From assembly GCF_001194135.2 (NCBI RefSeq), contig NC_068992.1:32170751-32225125 (forward strand): a stretch of 54,375 nucleotides of DNA, given 5' to 3'. Origin of the DNA: Octopus bimaculoides. Lineage: Eukaryota. The translations under genes were made by a program, and so were the position numbers. Each line of letters starts with the position of its first letter. Positions within the stretch are counted from its first letter, which is position 1. This document shows, piece after piece, positions 1 to 14,357 of this stretch. The notes below the pieces were generated by a model. That model was given only the letters and a program-made list of their open reading frames with translations, made no database searches and was not told the origin of the DNA.

Positions 1-45
<45 letters not shown>

Positions 46-75
46 GCTATCGTGATCATAATCATCATCATCATT
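1..75. repeat. (ATT)n microsatellite grading into (ATC)n; tail/target of the adjacent RLE retrotransposon
   Basis: Pure ATT repeats 1-45, then degenerate ATC repeats to ~75. Confidence 0.95.
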
Positions 76-495
76 CTTTTGACTCAGATTTTTTTGGAAC
101 TACTGGAGACCTGCATTCGTACCTGGCCTCCTAATTTTAGACAACAACACCATGTAAGCCTTTATTTTCAACTATTTAATATTTTCCTGTTCATTCCGGC
201 CGTTTCCAGGACGTAAACCTTTTATTGCACCTCTACTGGGCAACGTATTCCTCTTTCTTGTATATTCCTCTTGATATCTTTCGTTACTGTTTCCAGTGAT
301 TCATAATAGTAGGTATTAACTTCACCTTCGTTTTGCTCAGTTGCGCTATCTCGTATTTAAGATGCTTGTATTTGTGTATTTTTTCACCTCGTTTCTTGAC
401 TATTCTTGGGTCAAAATTGCACGCAACATCAATTATAGAGTACTCGTACTTCCCCTTATCAATCACTACCTACCACGTCCGGCTTGTTGTTTTCA
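76..495 (-). mobile_element. 5'-truncated, decayed RLE-type non-LTR retrotransposon (R4/Dong-like): endonuclease C-terminus plus 3' UTR
   Basis: Minus strand reads NKPDVV-(frameshift)-VIDKGKYEYSIIDVACNFDPRIVKKRGEKIHKYKHLKYEIAQLSKTKVKLIPTI..SLETVTK..QKVYVLETAGMNRKILN, matching the PD..D..EK..KY restriction-like endonuclease end of R4-clade elements; runs into (TAA)n. Confidence 0.8.
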
Positions 496-522
496 AGTAT
501 CAGCTTGAGATTGAGAAATCCC

Positions 523-733
523 GGCTACGAAGTAGAATACTAGATACAGAGGATAAGATGCATAAATGTATTTTACACGTCTTTTCGTACTTAGTTTGCA
601 TTCCACCGAAGTCGACTTTGCAGTTCAACCCTCGCGGTCTATATAATAAGTAGCAGTGAAGTACTGGCATCAATGTTAACGATTTTTCCATGCCCTAAAA
701 GCGTGCCGTCCCTGTGTCAAAATTGTATAACAT
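523..733 (+). mobile_element. Diverged tRNA-derived SINE (family A)
   Basis: Aligns by eye with copies at 35795 and 44179 (ATTCCACCGAAGTCGACTTTGC..TAAGTAGCAG..TACTGG..TGTGTCAAAATT). Confidence 0.7.
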
Positions 734-1439
734 ATATTATTTTCGTTATTGTTTTAGTTGTTTATCGTCAAAGGTCCCATGCTGCTGAAGCTCAGCGGGT
801 TTGCAAATTGATTTGTTTCTTATTTTGTAATGTGAGTTTGTTGATTTAATTGCTTTGGCCTGCTTCTTATTGTACCAATTCCTTAAGGGATCCATAAACC
901 GGTTGTGTTTCTCACCCTAGAGTGGTATGGTTTTAAACGAATGGGCACTTTTCTAAATATAGAAAACAATTCTAAATGGCGTTGTCTTTGTCGACCTGTC
1001 AGCAGCAGAGAATGCTAAGAGGAGGACTTGAAGATGATAAGCTCTTTCGCAGTCATGTCGTACTGTAGAGTACTTTTAATTATAAATAGTAGCAGCAGTA
1101 TCAGTGGCAAGAACAACAGCAACAACATCAATAACAACGGTAGCTGCATCAAGAACAAAGACATGTCAATCAAGGTTGTAAAATTATCAGCAGTAGGATT
1201 AAATTTGACACTGCTATCATTGCCAACACAACCGCCGCCAGGAAACCCAAGAACAAACAATGAAGGCCATGAGGAGGAGGATACCATAAAGAGCAATAGC
1301 ATCTGCAGTGATAACTTTGTAAATAAAGGATTCATTCTATAAAATTTTAGACGTTCTTGATTCCTCCTCACCAAAGAATAAAGATGAATATTTAAAAGTG
1401 GGAAAGAAACAAATCCACAAGCTACAACTGGGAAAAATG

Positions 1440-2160
1440 CTCTCAGTACACCACCATGTTTTGTAGGCTAAACCGAAAGGAAAACCATTTTGTGTTGGCG
1501 CTTATTGACGTCAAGACACACATTATAGAAAACAGTTGTAAATCAATCCAACATCTGTTTAAGGAATACACACAAATGTACCAATTTATGGCACCTGACC
1601 ATAAGTTCCGTATAAACATTTTATATCTCACACGGAAACGTACATCCAGCGTCTTACCACACTGATAGCGATTTACTTGCGAAGCAGAGTGATTCGAGTA
1701 AAAATCGCAGACATATCCCTAGATTTCTTGCGGTTTGTGAAATGTTCGGTTTGAAATGTCGAACATATTGGTAAGCAAAAATAAATGATTTCCCCGAGAG
1801 AATAGTTTCGGGTTAACTTTGAACAAGTTTCTGAAAGTAAAACCTATGACACAAAAAAAAAACAACCAACCCTGAATGTCAATAACCTCATTCAAATCCA
1901 GGACGGTAATCAACTGCAGATGAAGCTGAAAACTAGGCTATTTCGATGACACAAGGGTACGGATACTAATCATTTCAACAGTTTCTACGTCAATAACAAA
2001 AAGAAAATCATAGCTGAAAGATATCCAGTATTTCCACTACGACACCATTAACTTTACCAACAGTTTCCTCTAAAGCTCTGCCCTCTTCGTTCGCACGGGA
2101 TCACTCATATACGGATAAGTAGTGAAGGAGTCGTTGACGAGAATTAATGAAAAAAACAGC
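1440..2160 (+). mobile_element. Highly degraded Penelope-like element (RT C-terminus/linker region)
   Basis: Broken frames give TRKRTSSVLPH**RFT (cf. YRKPTFTG..NF.SF) and ILVSKNK*FP (cf. IL.KN.FP). Many stops; motif-level resemblance only. Confidence 0.35.
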
Positions 2161-2649
2161 CAGCACAAAGAAAATTAAATGAGACCAAAATATACTAATA
2201 CAAAATATAGCAGATACCGATAGCTGGATGAGAAGCTTTTGGTGAACAATGCACCATGACTACACACGACATCAGCTGCTACAGCAAAATTAATACCATC
2301 ATCCTTGTCACCATTAACAGCACTACCGAAGGCGGAAACATTACAAACACAAGCACCACCTACATTCCACACGCAAGGATATCGAGATTAAACAGCACGA
2401 CACGAACAAAACAAAAGGAATCATTAATTACACAGCTATAAACGCAAGCAATAAAGAACTAATGGATCACATACATCGAGGTAAAGTCTGAAAAATATTA
2501 AAATATATCTCATTAACTGATATCAATCCTGCAGCATAAAAATTATCCAGGCATGACATAATATTAAAAGCATCTTTCAAACTAAACACCCCGAAAAAGA
2601 GAAGACTTCAGAGAGATAATAAATACACAAACATATCCAGGCATAAATG

Positions 2650-2668
2650 TATATATATATATATATAT
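2650..2668. repeat. (TA)n microsatellite
   Basis: Direct reading. Confidence 0.9.
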
Positions 2669-2911
2669 GTTTAATCTGAGTGATGTGATAAGAATAAAAC
2701 AGGAAAGAATCGCAAAATTGATACACCGAGCCAAGCCAAATGGTAGGCTACCTTAGACAGGCTCAGAATGAGATGATTGGATAAAATACATAATTTCGGT
2801 TATTTAGTTTTAGGAATATACTGAAATTATAAATATACTGAAGTTTGTTTCGAAATAAGCCTCGTTGAGGCGGTGCCTATAAAGTTTGCCCACAAGAACT
2901 TCCAAGAAACA

Positions 2912-3065
2912 GTGGGTGAATAAGATGGATGGGCGGAATGACATAACTCCCGGTTCAGTCACACAGCGTGGCACATTTAGCAAGTGTCTTGTACTATAGT
3001 ATCGAAACAACTAAGCGTTCATTAGTGGATTTCGTAGAGGAGTGAAAGGTGCCCGCTGTGTGCCC
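2912..3065 (+). mobile_element. Diverged CORE-type tRNA-derived SINE (family B), 5' half
   Basis: CGGTTCAGTCACAC (B-box-like) followed by GCGTGGCACATTTAGCAAGTGTCTTGTACTATAG (CORE-like) and AGTGGATTTCGTAGA..GAAAG..GCCCG, then TA/TG-rich repeats. Confidence 0.65.
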
Positions 3066-3665
3066 ACACACGCACCCAGATACACACAGTATATATATGT
3101 GTGTCCATTCACATCTATTTCTGTTCCCCCATATGTATATATAAATGTGTATGTGTATGTGTGTGTGTGACGAAAGATTATGAGACAATGGACATAAGAT
3201 AAAATAAAAACAATAATAAACAAGTTATGAACGAAGATATATAGCGTGTGTTTTTATTTGGCAAGAAAAATAAATGACCATCAAAAATATATTAATATCA
3301 GTTCATGATTTCACATCACGAACCTTCTAAAACAAATTCATAAATAAATGTTTTTATTAGTTTATATTAATATTATGCAATTCAGTATTGCAATATATGG
3401 AATTTTCTCGGAAATTTTACATATAAAGTAGTTTTCAATGCAAAACCAGCCGCTCTAATATAGGTGTTTCAGAAAAAAAATTTACACACACACACATGCA
3501 TTATATATGTGTGTGGGTATATATACATATATACATATCTATCAATAGATAGATAAATATAGATATAGATGAATATATGTATAATGCATATATGTTCATA
3601 TAAGCACACGTGTGTATACATACGTACATATATATTTGTATGTGTCCGTATGTATTTCAAGTTAT

Positions 3666-3666
<1 letters not shown>

Positions 3667-3733
<67 letters not shown>
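3667..3733. repeat. (CA)n microsatellite
   Basis: Uninterrupted CA run. Confidence 0.95.
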
Positions 3734-3735
<2 letters not shown>

Positions 3736-4151
3736 GCGCACTTGTGTTGGACGCTTGACAAATTAGATGCGAAAATTTCAATACATTCACTCTGAAACCG
3801 AATATCTATTATCGACTGTAACGTTACTTACGCCTTCCATTTCCTGGTTTGACATTTGGATATGTACACTTATTTGTATGTGAGACTGGTTATGTAAGTG
3901 ACAGCTTATGTAATAGTTTGCACAATCTGAGCTTTTTCAGCTGAATGGAGCTAATATACTTGAAATCAGATCTGTAAACCTAACAATGAAACTATATAAG
4001 CTGTATGTAAAATTCATCATGTAAATCGTTAGTTTTATTATATACAGAAATCCATTGATAGGACATGTTGAAATATTCTTACATTGTTTGTAGATATATT
4101 TCAACAGTAGATAGGAGAAAGCGAAGTACATGAATTTATATGCATATGTTC

Positions 4152-4188
4152 TAGTGCGTGTATGTGTGTGTGCATGTGTGTGTGTGTG

Positions 4189-4229
<41 letters not shown>

Positions 4230-4245
4230 TGTGTGTGTGTGTATG
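4152..4245. repeat. Imperfect (TG)n microsatellite
   Basis: Direct reading. Confidence 0.9.
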
Positions 4246-7200
4246 CACATATACATATATACATATATGATTCATTTTGTTTTTGTTCGGACGTAAGGTT
4301 GTTGCAGAATCTGTCTGTATGCGCATATATGTAACTGTATGTGATATTGACTAGTTCAATATCAAGAAGGCAATGTTTTCTGTTCGTCAGTGGTTTTACA
4401 CTTCATCACACTATATGATGTAATTTATTGATATTTCCTGTAATTTAATATTTGCAGTTTTCATGTTCAGTTCGGAACGTTCCATCGAATTGATTTCCTT
4501 TTTCAGTTGTTTGTTCCAGTTATGGGACATCGGAAAACAAGCGCAATTTTTTTTTAAATCACACACTGATCGCTATATATATGAACGTATATGCACACAT
4601 GACATACGCATGTATGTAAGCTATTTTCGTTTCCTTCGTATATACAGATGTAAACCATCGCATGTAGGTAGATGCGCATAAGTACATAAACAATCACATT
4701 CTTTCATCTTATACCCACGTACATGTATATATATTCTTTATCTGTTTTTCTAATGCTGTATGAATGTTAAAAGAAGATAGCGACTTATTTATTGCTGTAG
4801 TTGATCAATGACATAGCTTATTAGATTGATAGCAATTTGTCAACGTAAAATCTAGTAGGAAAACTATTCTCATAAAATTTGGCTCCCATAACTATTCCCA
4901 TAGCTATTTCCATAAAATTTGGTTCTATCTTTTCATTTCAGCCTCTCATGATAGAAATAAAATTTATAATGCTTGTTTTCAATGATTTTGTTTTGACAAT
5001 TTTGTCCTGATTATTCTATCTAATTGTGTAAAATGCATATTATTTAACAAGTTTCTTCAGTATCAAATATAGATTTGTACCATCAGTTAAATATATATTA
5101 TAATAGAAATCGGACAATTTGACACGTACTATACTATAGCATATGAAATGCCAATCACATCAATCCCCTATAATGTAATAAAGTCTTGGCTATATAAGCA
5201 CAATTAATAAACATTTTTATTGTATTAAGTTTGCCCCGAAGAAAGTGTTAAAGCTATTCATTAAATCCATGATTAGTATCTACACGTTAGCATTTCCCTT
5301 GAGCATGTAAAGCGGTGTACATTTCCCTCTCATCTCAAAAATTTCTAAGACAAAAACCATCCTCATATGGAATATTTGTTTTCTTTTATGTTGCGTTTTC
5401 CCACTATGTTCAGGTATTATCAGGTTTGTATATTTTTGTTTAAGGTTGTTTAGATAACATCAAGTATAGCGACTACGAAAACATTTCAAGTCCTGGACCA
5501 TTCTGATGCAATGATAAGTTCACAACGATAACATCATAGGAATGTGATTCTACGTACAGTGATGCGTGGCTATATTTCCTGAGATGTGCTTGCAGGAAAT
5601 TTGTGTTGAAGAGTCATGATTTTCGGATACGCTCGTGCATATACATTTCAAGTTGATTCTGGCAGAAATTTAAATTATTCTTAAGCAGCATCTTTGCAGT
5701 GATGATTGCACGTATATTTCCTTTGGCGATGTTCGTTTAAAAGAAAATAAGTGGATTTGTATGTTGCTCATTTTTAATTGTGCTAAGGTCTTTCCTATAG
5801 AATTGGATTAGATTAACATTATTTATTTAATGTTTCTGAATTGTAGCACACCTGAATTTTTTCTCTTTTGGTATATTGTTTTTAAAATGTGAGGAGATTT
5901 TTGGGAGAAATTTTCGCCAAATCTTCTTCTTAAAGCTGAAAAAGCGACATAGCCAGTAGATATATCTATATATTTGTTATAGTATCCTATTTTCTTACAA
6001 CCTCACAATCTCTGTTCATAATAAATACAACTTAATTAATCAGTAATGTGCTAATGAAGCTAACTGACAAGTTAATTCAGCAATGTACTGAGCATTTCTT
6101 TCAACCGGCGATATTATACATTCCAAAAGATTTCATCTTCATTTGTCATCAAACGTTGTTTTGTACACCTGGTTTTAGACTACATTGATGTAGGTGTGAA
6201 TACATCAATAATTAGTTACCCTAGCTTTATTTTCCGAAGACGCTTAAAATGTGATCAATATATATGATTCTCTCTGAGATATACATCATAATTTGTCCAT
6301 TAATGACAAGCATATATAACATTATGATTCTAAACTCAGTGGCCGTTTTTATCTATATTTCACTTAAGCTCTATAATGTGTAATTAGAAGTACACTGGAG
6401 GCTATAAGAAAATGCTCTTGATATCTCGAGTTTGCTAGCAATTCCCTACGTGTGTAATTTGGTTCGGGGCTAGTGTAGCAATTGTATGCTAAATATAGTA
6501 AGCTAATACATCATGTGGTTATCAGCTTATACCAGCACTAGCTCAGACATTAATGTCACCTAAAACACGAGCTGAATTATATCAAAAATAAATAAAAGAG
6601 ACGAATGGTTCTAGAAAGACAATGTTAATATGTTGCTCGGGAAAGGAAAAGAAGATGAATCAAATTTTGGACAATTTTCCTTGAAACTTACAGAAGACGA
6701 GTTGCGGTGTTTGGTCAGATTCCCACATTCGATAATGATCGACAAAAATTGAGTAGTATAATAAAACTATATTCAACAAGGTAAAGTAAGGTTCTGGAAT
6801 AAGAAATAACACTAAAAAAATTGGAGAATATAGTTCACATGAATGGAAATAAGTGTAAAATATATTTCTACATAGAGAGGAAGGTTTCAGTCGGAAATTA
6901 TTACTGGGAAGAAATTTGGTAAAATTAGGCAACACTTTAGACTGTAATATTCCAAATTAGTTGTGCAATCTTGAGGTATTTTCTGAATGAATAATATGTA
7001 TACGAACTTGTGTGTTAGTGAATATACAGTTAGTAAAAGATGATAATGTAGATTGCATGCACTGATGCATGGTGGTATGTAGTAGTAAAGATACTAAAAC
7101 ATGTTATCTTGAAGTGCGTGTGAAGCGGGGAGTAATTTGAATAGTTGCATACATATTTCGAAGCTGACATCAAGGAATGGCACAGTGTTTGCATGGAGTG

Positions 7201-10200
7201 TTGATGTGGCGAAATGCTTAAAAACAGTAGTTTAAATTTGTAGAAAAGTATTTAATGTGAAATATGTTTAGGTATTCATCACTATCTGTACATGCACATA
7301 CGTACGCGCGTCTTTTAATGAAATTAACATACATTATTGATTCCAACGCGGAAATGAGAAATTTTTATGGTGGAGAAAATGACATTTGCAATTGATTACC
7401 TGAAATGAACTGAAATATAGGTAGAATGAATATGTATTTTAAAAAATAAGTGAATATGTGTATTTAGAGGCAATGGATGGAAAAGGTACTATTTATGAAA
7501 TGCAAAAAGTCACACGAGACAAAAGAAACGAAGAAGGAAATATATTTACCAAAAAAGAAGTTCATGTATGGCTTCTGTAAGTTTAGATATAGCCTTCTGA
7601 GTAATCACAAATAATTCGGTGCGTTTAGGCGATCTCGTGGAGATAGTATCTTGAATAGGCTAAGGAAAAGTACATTACAGGACATCGTGCTTAGTCGGTG
7701 TGAAGCGTGAGAAAAAGGATAAATGTTTTCGCGCTGGTCAGTTCCTTTGGATATGAATATCAGTTGTTTATAGTGGCTCCACCTGGATCTGATACAAGAC
7801 TCCCTGAGTTAGTTGTATCAAAGGAGATAGGGGAGATACACTGTCAGGAAAAGGATAACGGCAGTGACACTGGAGAAGATTAGTTGTGATATACATATCC
7901 ATAAGAATATTTCGCGTAAGACATGGGTATAAGTGTTGCCTGAAATTAGTTGTCCCATTAACTGATAATTCACTGTTATTCGTTAGCCGAGCAATGTATA
8001 AAAAACCGTAATCTGTTGATTAAAGATCAAGTTCACAGAAAGAGAGAGAGAGAGAACAGTATTTTATATGAAACTCAGAAAATAAGGTGTCCGAGACACG
8101 ATACGCAGTAAATAAAATGATAAAGATACGAAACTTAGAAAAATCTGTAACAAATAGAAGATACAATGTCCTCATAGACATCTTTATATATTTTTGAAAC
8201 GAGGTGTGATTCCATTGAAATTTCATTTTACGTAGCTACCTTTCCTAAAACCTAATACAAATACAACATTTGAAGTTATCAAACAACTAATCAATAACTT
8301 AATTCAGTAACTGTTATTTCATTTCATTGTCAAAAGCAAGCTTGGATATTTGTTATATTATATGTGTGTGTGGGTGCGTTGTATATGTATATGCATAATT
8401 TCCCATATACATATACAAATATTCTCATGAAGCACATACGTATATATCTGCGTATACTGTGTACGAGTGTGTATTTATATAACGTAGATGAATGTATTAT
8501 TTTGTTGAAGTCAAATGCATAGAAATTGCGATTGATTGATATGCAATGAAATTCTCTGCATGTATGCGCTACTGAATGCGTCAAAGTATACATCTTCTAA
8601 TGCTATCAATTATTTAGCTGTCATTACAATCATATCTATATTTTACCTTCTTGTTGAATATTTAATATAAAAATGAAATGTATTAAACATCTCTTCAAAA
8701 TTATATATCGCTTACCTAATATCATTTTTGCTTTCTCCTATTGGCTTGGTCTCTGACTAATGTACTGTCTTTGATTCTCTATTTTTTTTTTTCAGATTCT
8801 TCCTTATTGTTGTAATTATATACTTCTAATAATCAGGTTAGGTTTCGGATACCGCAGTAGATATAAGCAAAATTGACACAATACACGCTTATTTATTTTG
8901 ATTTTTCAGACACTTCCCAATAGATTTTGCTACCATGTTTGACAGAAAATAACGTTCAACCTGTGCCTAAAGTAGAATATGCATACATTGCTACAAAAAA
9001 TTAAAAATCTTGATTAACTTTGCGTGTCATTAATCTAAAATTACTTTTCCACCGCCTGTATCCAATTAACCATGTAATAAAATATTTTATGTTTGGATGA
9101 GCATGTTTTTAGTGCATGAAATAAATTTCGTTTTGAAAGCAATGGAGTCTCAGCTGCATAGGATATACGGGAATCCATTTCTCGATCCCTCCAACTTTCG
9201 CTAAACTTTTTTTATTACTCGTCTAATCTCAGTGAACACTTCTTTATTCAAAAGTAAATCGCAAATCGTTTAGTTTTACATAACGTCATTTTGACTATCT
9301 CGAAAACGAGATGCTCTATGGTTTCCTCACAAGGTCTGTACCAAAGAAAGAGGAAACGAATATTTATCAAATACTTGGTTGCAATTTTGTTTCCAATTTT
9401 ATCCACATATCTACTGCTTCATTTCCCATATAACCCGCGAGACGAAATTTTAAAATATGAAAATATGGAGTAGAAGTGATTTTATATTTTGTAGCATTCA
9501 AATCTGATACTACATCCAAATAATACTCAAGTTTTGAAATTTAGCAGACTATTGTTTAGCTAAAGCTTCTTTCTGAGATAAATCCCTCTCTTCAGTTTCG
9601 TAACACACATAAATTGGATATACTTTGCCGTAAATAATCTCGTGAAATTAGATCCAAATTATTTCTATTTCAACCTAAAGAGATTTCATAATAATTTACA
9701 AACAAGTATCCTATTTAATAGCTACGTTTTCTTAGATTATTATTTTTATCATTTGAGTACCATATTTGGCATATATTAGTGGACTATTCTTTTGTGTTTT
9801 GGTTAACTCAAGGTGAAGTTGCATTTGCATGCTCCATGCACAATGGCTTTGCAATCATAAGCTTATCTCTTATACTCGTATTAAAAAGGAAAGACTACGT
9901 ATTTGCGCTTTGAGTGATAGGGAGTTTCAAAGTCATATATCAGTACGCCATTTATTTTTTGGGATACACGCACGTTCATGCCCAAACATTGATTACAGAA
10001 TGAATCCATTTGATAAGTATCATAAGTCACTCTCATATTCTGCTTTCATATATATATGTGTGTACTTCTTTTCTGATAATATATCGCAACAATGGCACGA
10101 ACCGTGAATCCTTGATAGGATATTCCATAACCATTCTGCATTGAGAAGCAAACGTTATTTAAGTCTTTTACTAATAAAGATGGTATGTTATTCTAAATAC

Positions 10201-10811
10201 TGAATATTATAATGAATAAATATATCAGCCATCACATATCACCTCCTACTCAAGTTTATACTAAGAATCCTTTGCTACTCCGCCTATAATATAAACTACC
10301 TTCTCAATCCAAAACCTTCTCTGAGGTTCACACATGCCATATTTGCAACAGTATTTCAGTACAATACAGTATATTCATTCCACTCTCTTTACACTGCGAT
10401 ATTGCAGCAATAGCTACATGAATATCTTTGTCAACCAGTACATCTTAGAGATATGCAGTACAAATGTTGATGATAAAACTTGTGTTTTATGAGTCACAAG
10501 TCGAATATATCTTTTGTTTTTTCTATCAAAATTAAAACAATTTCCATTGGCTGCACGAGAGGATTCATATTACTTCTGAAATTTATGGTATTTTACGCGA
10601 GTGTTCTCATCATCTTTTATATTCACAGCATATTTCCGCTATTATTTACAAATCCTCTTCGTCCATTGCAAGAACCAATTCTCTACATCGAACGTATCTT
10701 CTGACAGCATGTCCCAATGTATGAAGCCTGCTTTATGACACGCATACAGACAGTAATGAATAATTTCTGCCAAGTGTCATAAACATATATCTACTATATA
10801 TATATATATAT

Positions 10812-11334
10812 NNNNNNNNNNNNNNNNNNNNNNNNNNNNNNNNNNNNNNNNNNNNNNNNNNNNNNNNNNNNNNNNNNNNNNNNNNNNNNNNNNNNNNNNN
10901 NNNNNNNNNNNNNNNNNNNNNNNNNNNNNNNNNNNNNNNNNNNNNNNNNNNNNNNNNNNNNNNNNNNNNNNNNNNNNNNNNNNNNNNNNNNNNNNNNNNN
11001 NNNNNNNNNNNNNNNNNNNNNNNNNNNNNNNNNNNNNNNNNNNNNNNNNNNNNNNNNNNNNNNNNNNNNNNNNNNNNNNNNNNNNNNNNNNNNNNNNNNN
11101 NNNNNNNNNNNNNNNNNNNNNNNNNNNNNNNNNNNNNNNNNNNNNNNNNNNNNNNNNNNNNNNNNNNNNNNNNNNNNNNNNNNNNNNNNNNNNNNNNNNN
11201 NNNNNNNNNNNNNNNNNNNNNNNNNNNNNNNNNNNNNNNNNNNNNNNNNNNNNNNNNNNNNNNNNNNNNNNNNNNNNNNNNNNNNNNNNNNNNNNNNNNN
11301 NNNNNNNNNNNNNNNNNNNNNNNNNNNNNNNNNN
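10812..11334. other. Assembly gap (N); further gaps at 12222-12757, 13463-14357, 15610-16184, 20390-20399, 21156-21402, 34530-34597, 37009-37075, 48466-48575, 51075-51685, 53539-53613
   Basis: N runs; many abut (TA)n, (TG)n or (CA)n tracts. Confidence 0.99.
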
Positions 11335-12186
11335 CAGTGGTGGTGGTGGAGGTTGTGGGGGGCTGCTGCTGCTGGTCGTGCTCGTGCTCGTGCATGTTTG
11401 TGAAAATGAAGTCATCTGTTCGCTTGAATGTGTCAGTATTCTATGCTTTTATGACATGTCCGTTCTTTCCGTCGCTCGGAAAAGTTTTGTTGTTTAACAT
11501 ATTTGACGTCACCTTCACCTCATAGCATTTCACAGGTTGTGGTTTATCAGATGGCGTTTGAAATGTTGCTCCAACTTCCATGTTTCTTGCTCATTTGTGT
11601 TATATGTTGCGGTTGACGCTATTGAGTTTGGTTTACAATTACATGAGGTCAGTGATAATTTTTGGAATGCTTGTTCTCTTTGTTGCTACAGCAGGTGTGG
11701 CCAACCATGTAGTAGCTAACGCAGCAACCACTGTTGCTCTATCTGCAGGGTGCTGTTGTTGCTGCTATGATGTTAGCAGTGATGAAGGCACTTTTCAGCA
11801 GTTACGGTTTGTTATCGTCGTACGCAGATGTCATTGATATAACTAAAGTTTGCAAAATTAGAATAAACAGATAATCTGTAATTCTTTTGTTTGGTAGATT
11901 CTCAGTTTGATTCAATGGGTCTCATGTAGACAATAGATAATGAAGAAAGGAGAGTTATACGCATTTAAATTCAATTTCTTTAAAAGCATTTCTTCATATC
12001 ACATTCTAACGTGTTTTCTGACTACATGACTTAAGGTCCTTTGCTGTAATAATCTTCTGCATTTCGGAGATTTATATTAAATCAATTGTAGTACACATTT
12101 AAATCGAAAGGTTAAGAATCCTATACTGCTTTATTGAAGGTTTTCTCATACAGGTGGGTTCTCTTTACCCATCCGTATTCTTCATT

Positions 12187-12221
<35 letters not shown>

Positions 12222-13074
12222 NNNNNNNNNNNNNNNNNNNNNNNNNNNNNNNNNNNNNNNNNNNNNNNNNNNNNNNNNNNNNNNNNNNNNNNNNNNNNNN
12301 NNNNNNNNNNNNNNNNNNNNNNNNNNNNNNNNNNNNNNNNNNNNNNNNNNNNNNNNNNNNNNNNNNNNNNNNNNNNNNNNNNNNNNNNNNNNNNNNNNNN
12401 NNNNNNNNNNNNNNNNNNNNNNNNNNNNNNNNNNNNNNNNNNNNNNNNNNNNNNNNNNNNNNNNNNNNNNNNNNNNNNNNNNNNNNNNNNNNNNNNNNNN
12501 NNNNNNNNNNNNNNNNNNNNNNNNNNNNNNNNNNNNNNNNNNNNNNNNNNNNNNNNNNNNNNNNNNNNNNNNNNNNNNNNNNNNNNNNNNNNNNNNNNNN
12601 NNNNNNNNNNNNNNNNNNNNNNNNNNNNNNNNNNNNNNNNNNNNNNNNNNNNNNNNNNNNNNNNNNNNNNNNNNNNNNNNNNNNNNNNNNNNNNNNNNNN
12701 NNNNNNNNNNNNNNNNNNNNNNNNNNNNNNNNNNNNNNNNNNNNNNNNNNNNNNNNAAAATAAAATAAAATTAAATTAAATTAAAATTACAATAGCGTGT
12801 ATGTATACAAGGCTATCCACAACATACATATATATCTATATATAAATATATACATCGAAATACACAGCTGCATACGCACAGACAATCTACGTATATAGCC
12901 CTATATTTACAAGGCACAGATAGTACAGATCTACATAAGTACAAAGCTACACACATATACGCACACACGCATTTAATTTTGCGCGTGAAAATCCTATGCA
13001 CTGGTAACGAAAATTGTATCTTAAGCTATGGATTGGAGGGGTAAAGAGTAACGTATCTATAATAACGTTAAATA

Positions 13075-13265
13075 TGGGAAAGGGGATGGTGGGGGAATAT
13101 AGTTGTCATAAAAAAGGAAAAGAAGAAAGAAAATAAAGGAAGAAAGAAAGAGAAAAAGAAAGAAAGAAATGGAAAAAAAGAAAGATAGCAAAGGAAGAAA
13201 AGAGAGGAGAGAAAGGCTGGGGATAGGAAGGAAGAAGTAGAGAGAGAAGATAAGCAAGAACATAG
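13075..13265. repeat. Purine-rich low-complexity tract (AAAG/GA-like)
   Basis: Almost exclusively A/G on the + strand. Confidence 0.85.
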
Positions 13266-14357
13266 TAAACGTGCATAAAAATTTAGATTGCACATATATG
13301 CGTATACAAAAATGTATATAGCATCACGTATATAGATACATATGTTGATATGTACGCAAATACTTACGATCGTAACCTTATACATGCGTATGTGCATATT
13401 CAAGTATGTGTGAGTGTGAACCTAATCGCACATACGCATATATAATAATATAGATGCATGTANNNNNNNNNNNNNNNNNNNNNNNNNNNNNNNNNNNNNN
13501 NNNNNNNNNNNNNNNNNNNNNNNNNNNNNNNNNNNNNNNNNNNNNNNNNNNNNNNNNNNNNNNNNNNNNNNNNNNNNNNNNNNNNNNNNNNNNNNNNNNN
13601 NNNNNNNNNNNNNNNNNNNNNNNNNNNNNNNNNNNNNNNNNNNNNNNNNNNNNNNNNNNNNNNNNNNNNNNNNNNNNNNNNNNNNNNNNNNNNNNNNNNN
13701 NNNNNNNNNNNNNNNNNNNNNNNNNNNNNNNNNNNNNNNNNNNNNNNNNNNNNNNNNNNNNNNNNNNNNNNNNNNNNNNNNNNNNNNNNNNNNNNNNNNN
13801 NNNNNNNNNNNNNNNNNNNNNNNNNNNNNNNNNNNNNNNNNNNNNNNNNNNNNNNNNNNNNNNNNNNNNNNNNNNNNNNNNNNNNNNNNNNNNNNNNNNN
13901 NNNNNNNNNNNNNNNNNNNNNNNNNNNNNNNNNNNNNNNNNNNNNNNNNNNNNNNNNNNNNNNNNNNNNNNNNNNNNNNNNNNNNNNNNNNNNNNNNNNN
14001 NNNNNNNNNNNNNNNNNNNNNNNNNNNNNNNNNNNNNNNNNNNNNNNNNNNNNNNNNNNNNNNNNNNNNNNNNNNNNNNNNNNNNNNNNNNNNNNNNNNN
14101 NNNNNNNNNNNNNNNNNNNNNNNNNNNNNNNNNNNNNNNNNNNNNNNNNNNNNNNNNNNNNNNNNNNNNNNNNNNNNNNNNNNNNNNNNNNNNNNNNNNN
14201 NNNNNNNNNNNNNNNNNNNNNNNNNNNNNNNNNNNNNNNNNNNNNNNNNNNNNNNNNNNNNNNNNNNNNNNNNNNNNNNNNNNNNNNNNNNNNNNNNNNN
14301 NNNNNNNNNNNNNNNNNNNNNNNNNNNNNNNNNNNNNNNNNNNNNNNNNNNNNNNNN

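Noticed and set aside
960-1010. GVVFVDLSAA, similar to LINE RT motif A
   Set aside because: Only about ten residues with no flanking support.
1015-1374. Overlapping 104-119 aa ORFs
   Set aside because: Products of degenerate AAC/AGC repeats; no splice signals or domain.
3469-4326. HTHT/CVCV ORFs here and at other CA/TG tracts
   Set aside because: Translations of dinucleotide microsatellites.
11335-11837. Hydrophobic 85-aa ORF and polyP/T/Q frames
   Set aside because: Low complexity, stops in neighbouring frames, no convincing splice sites or family match.
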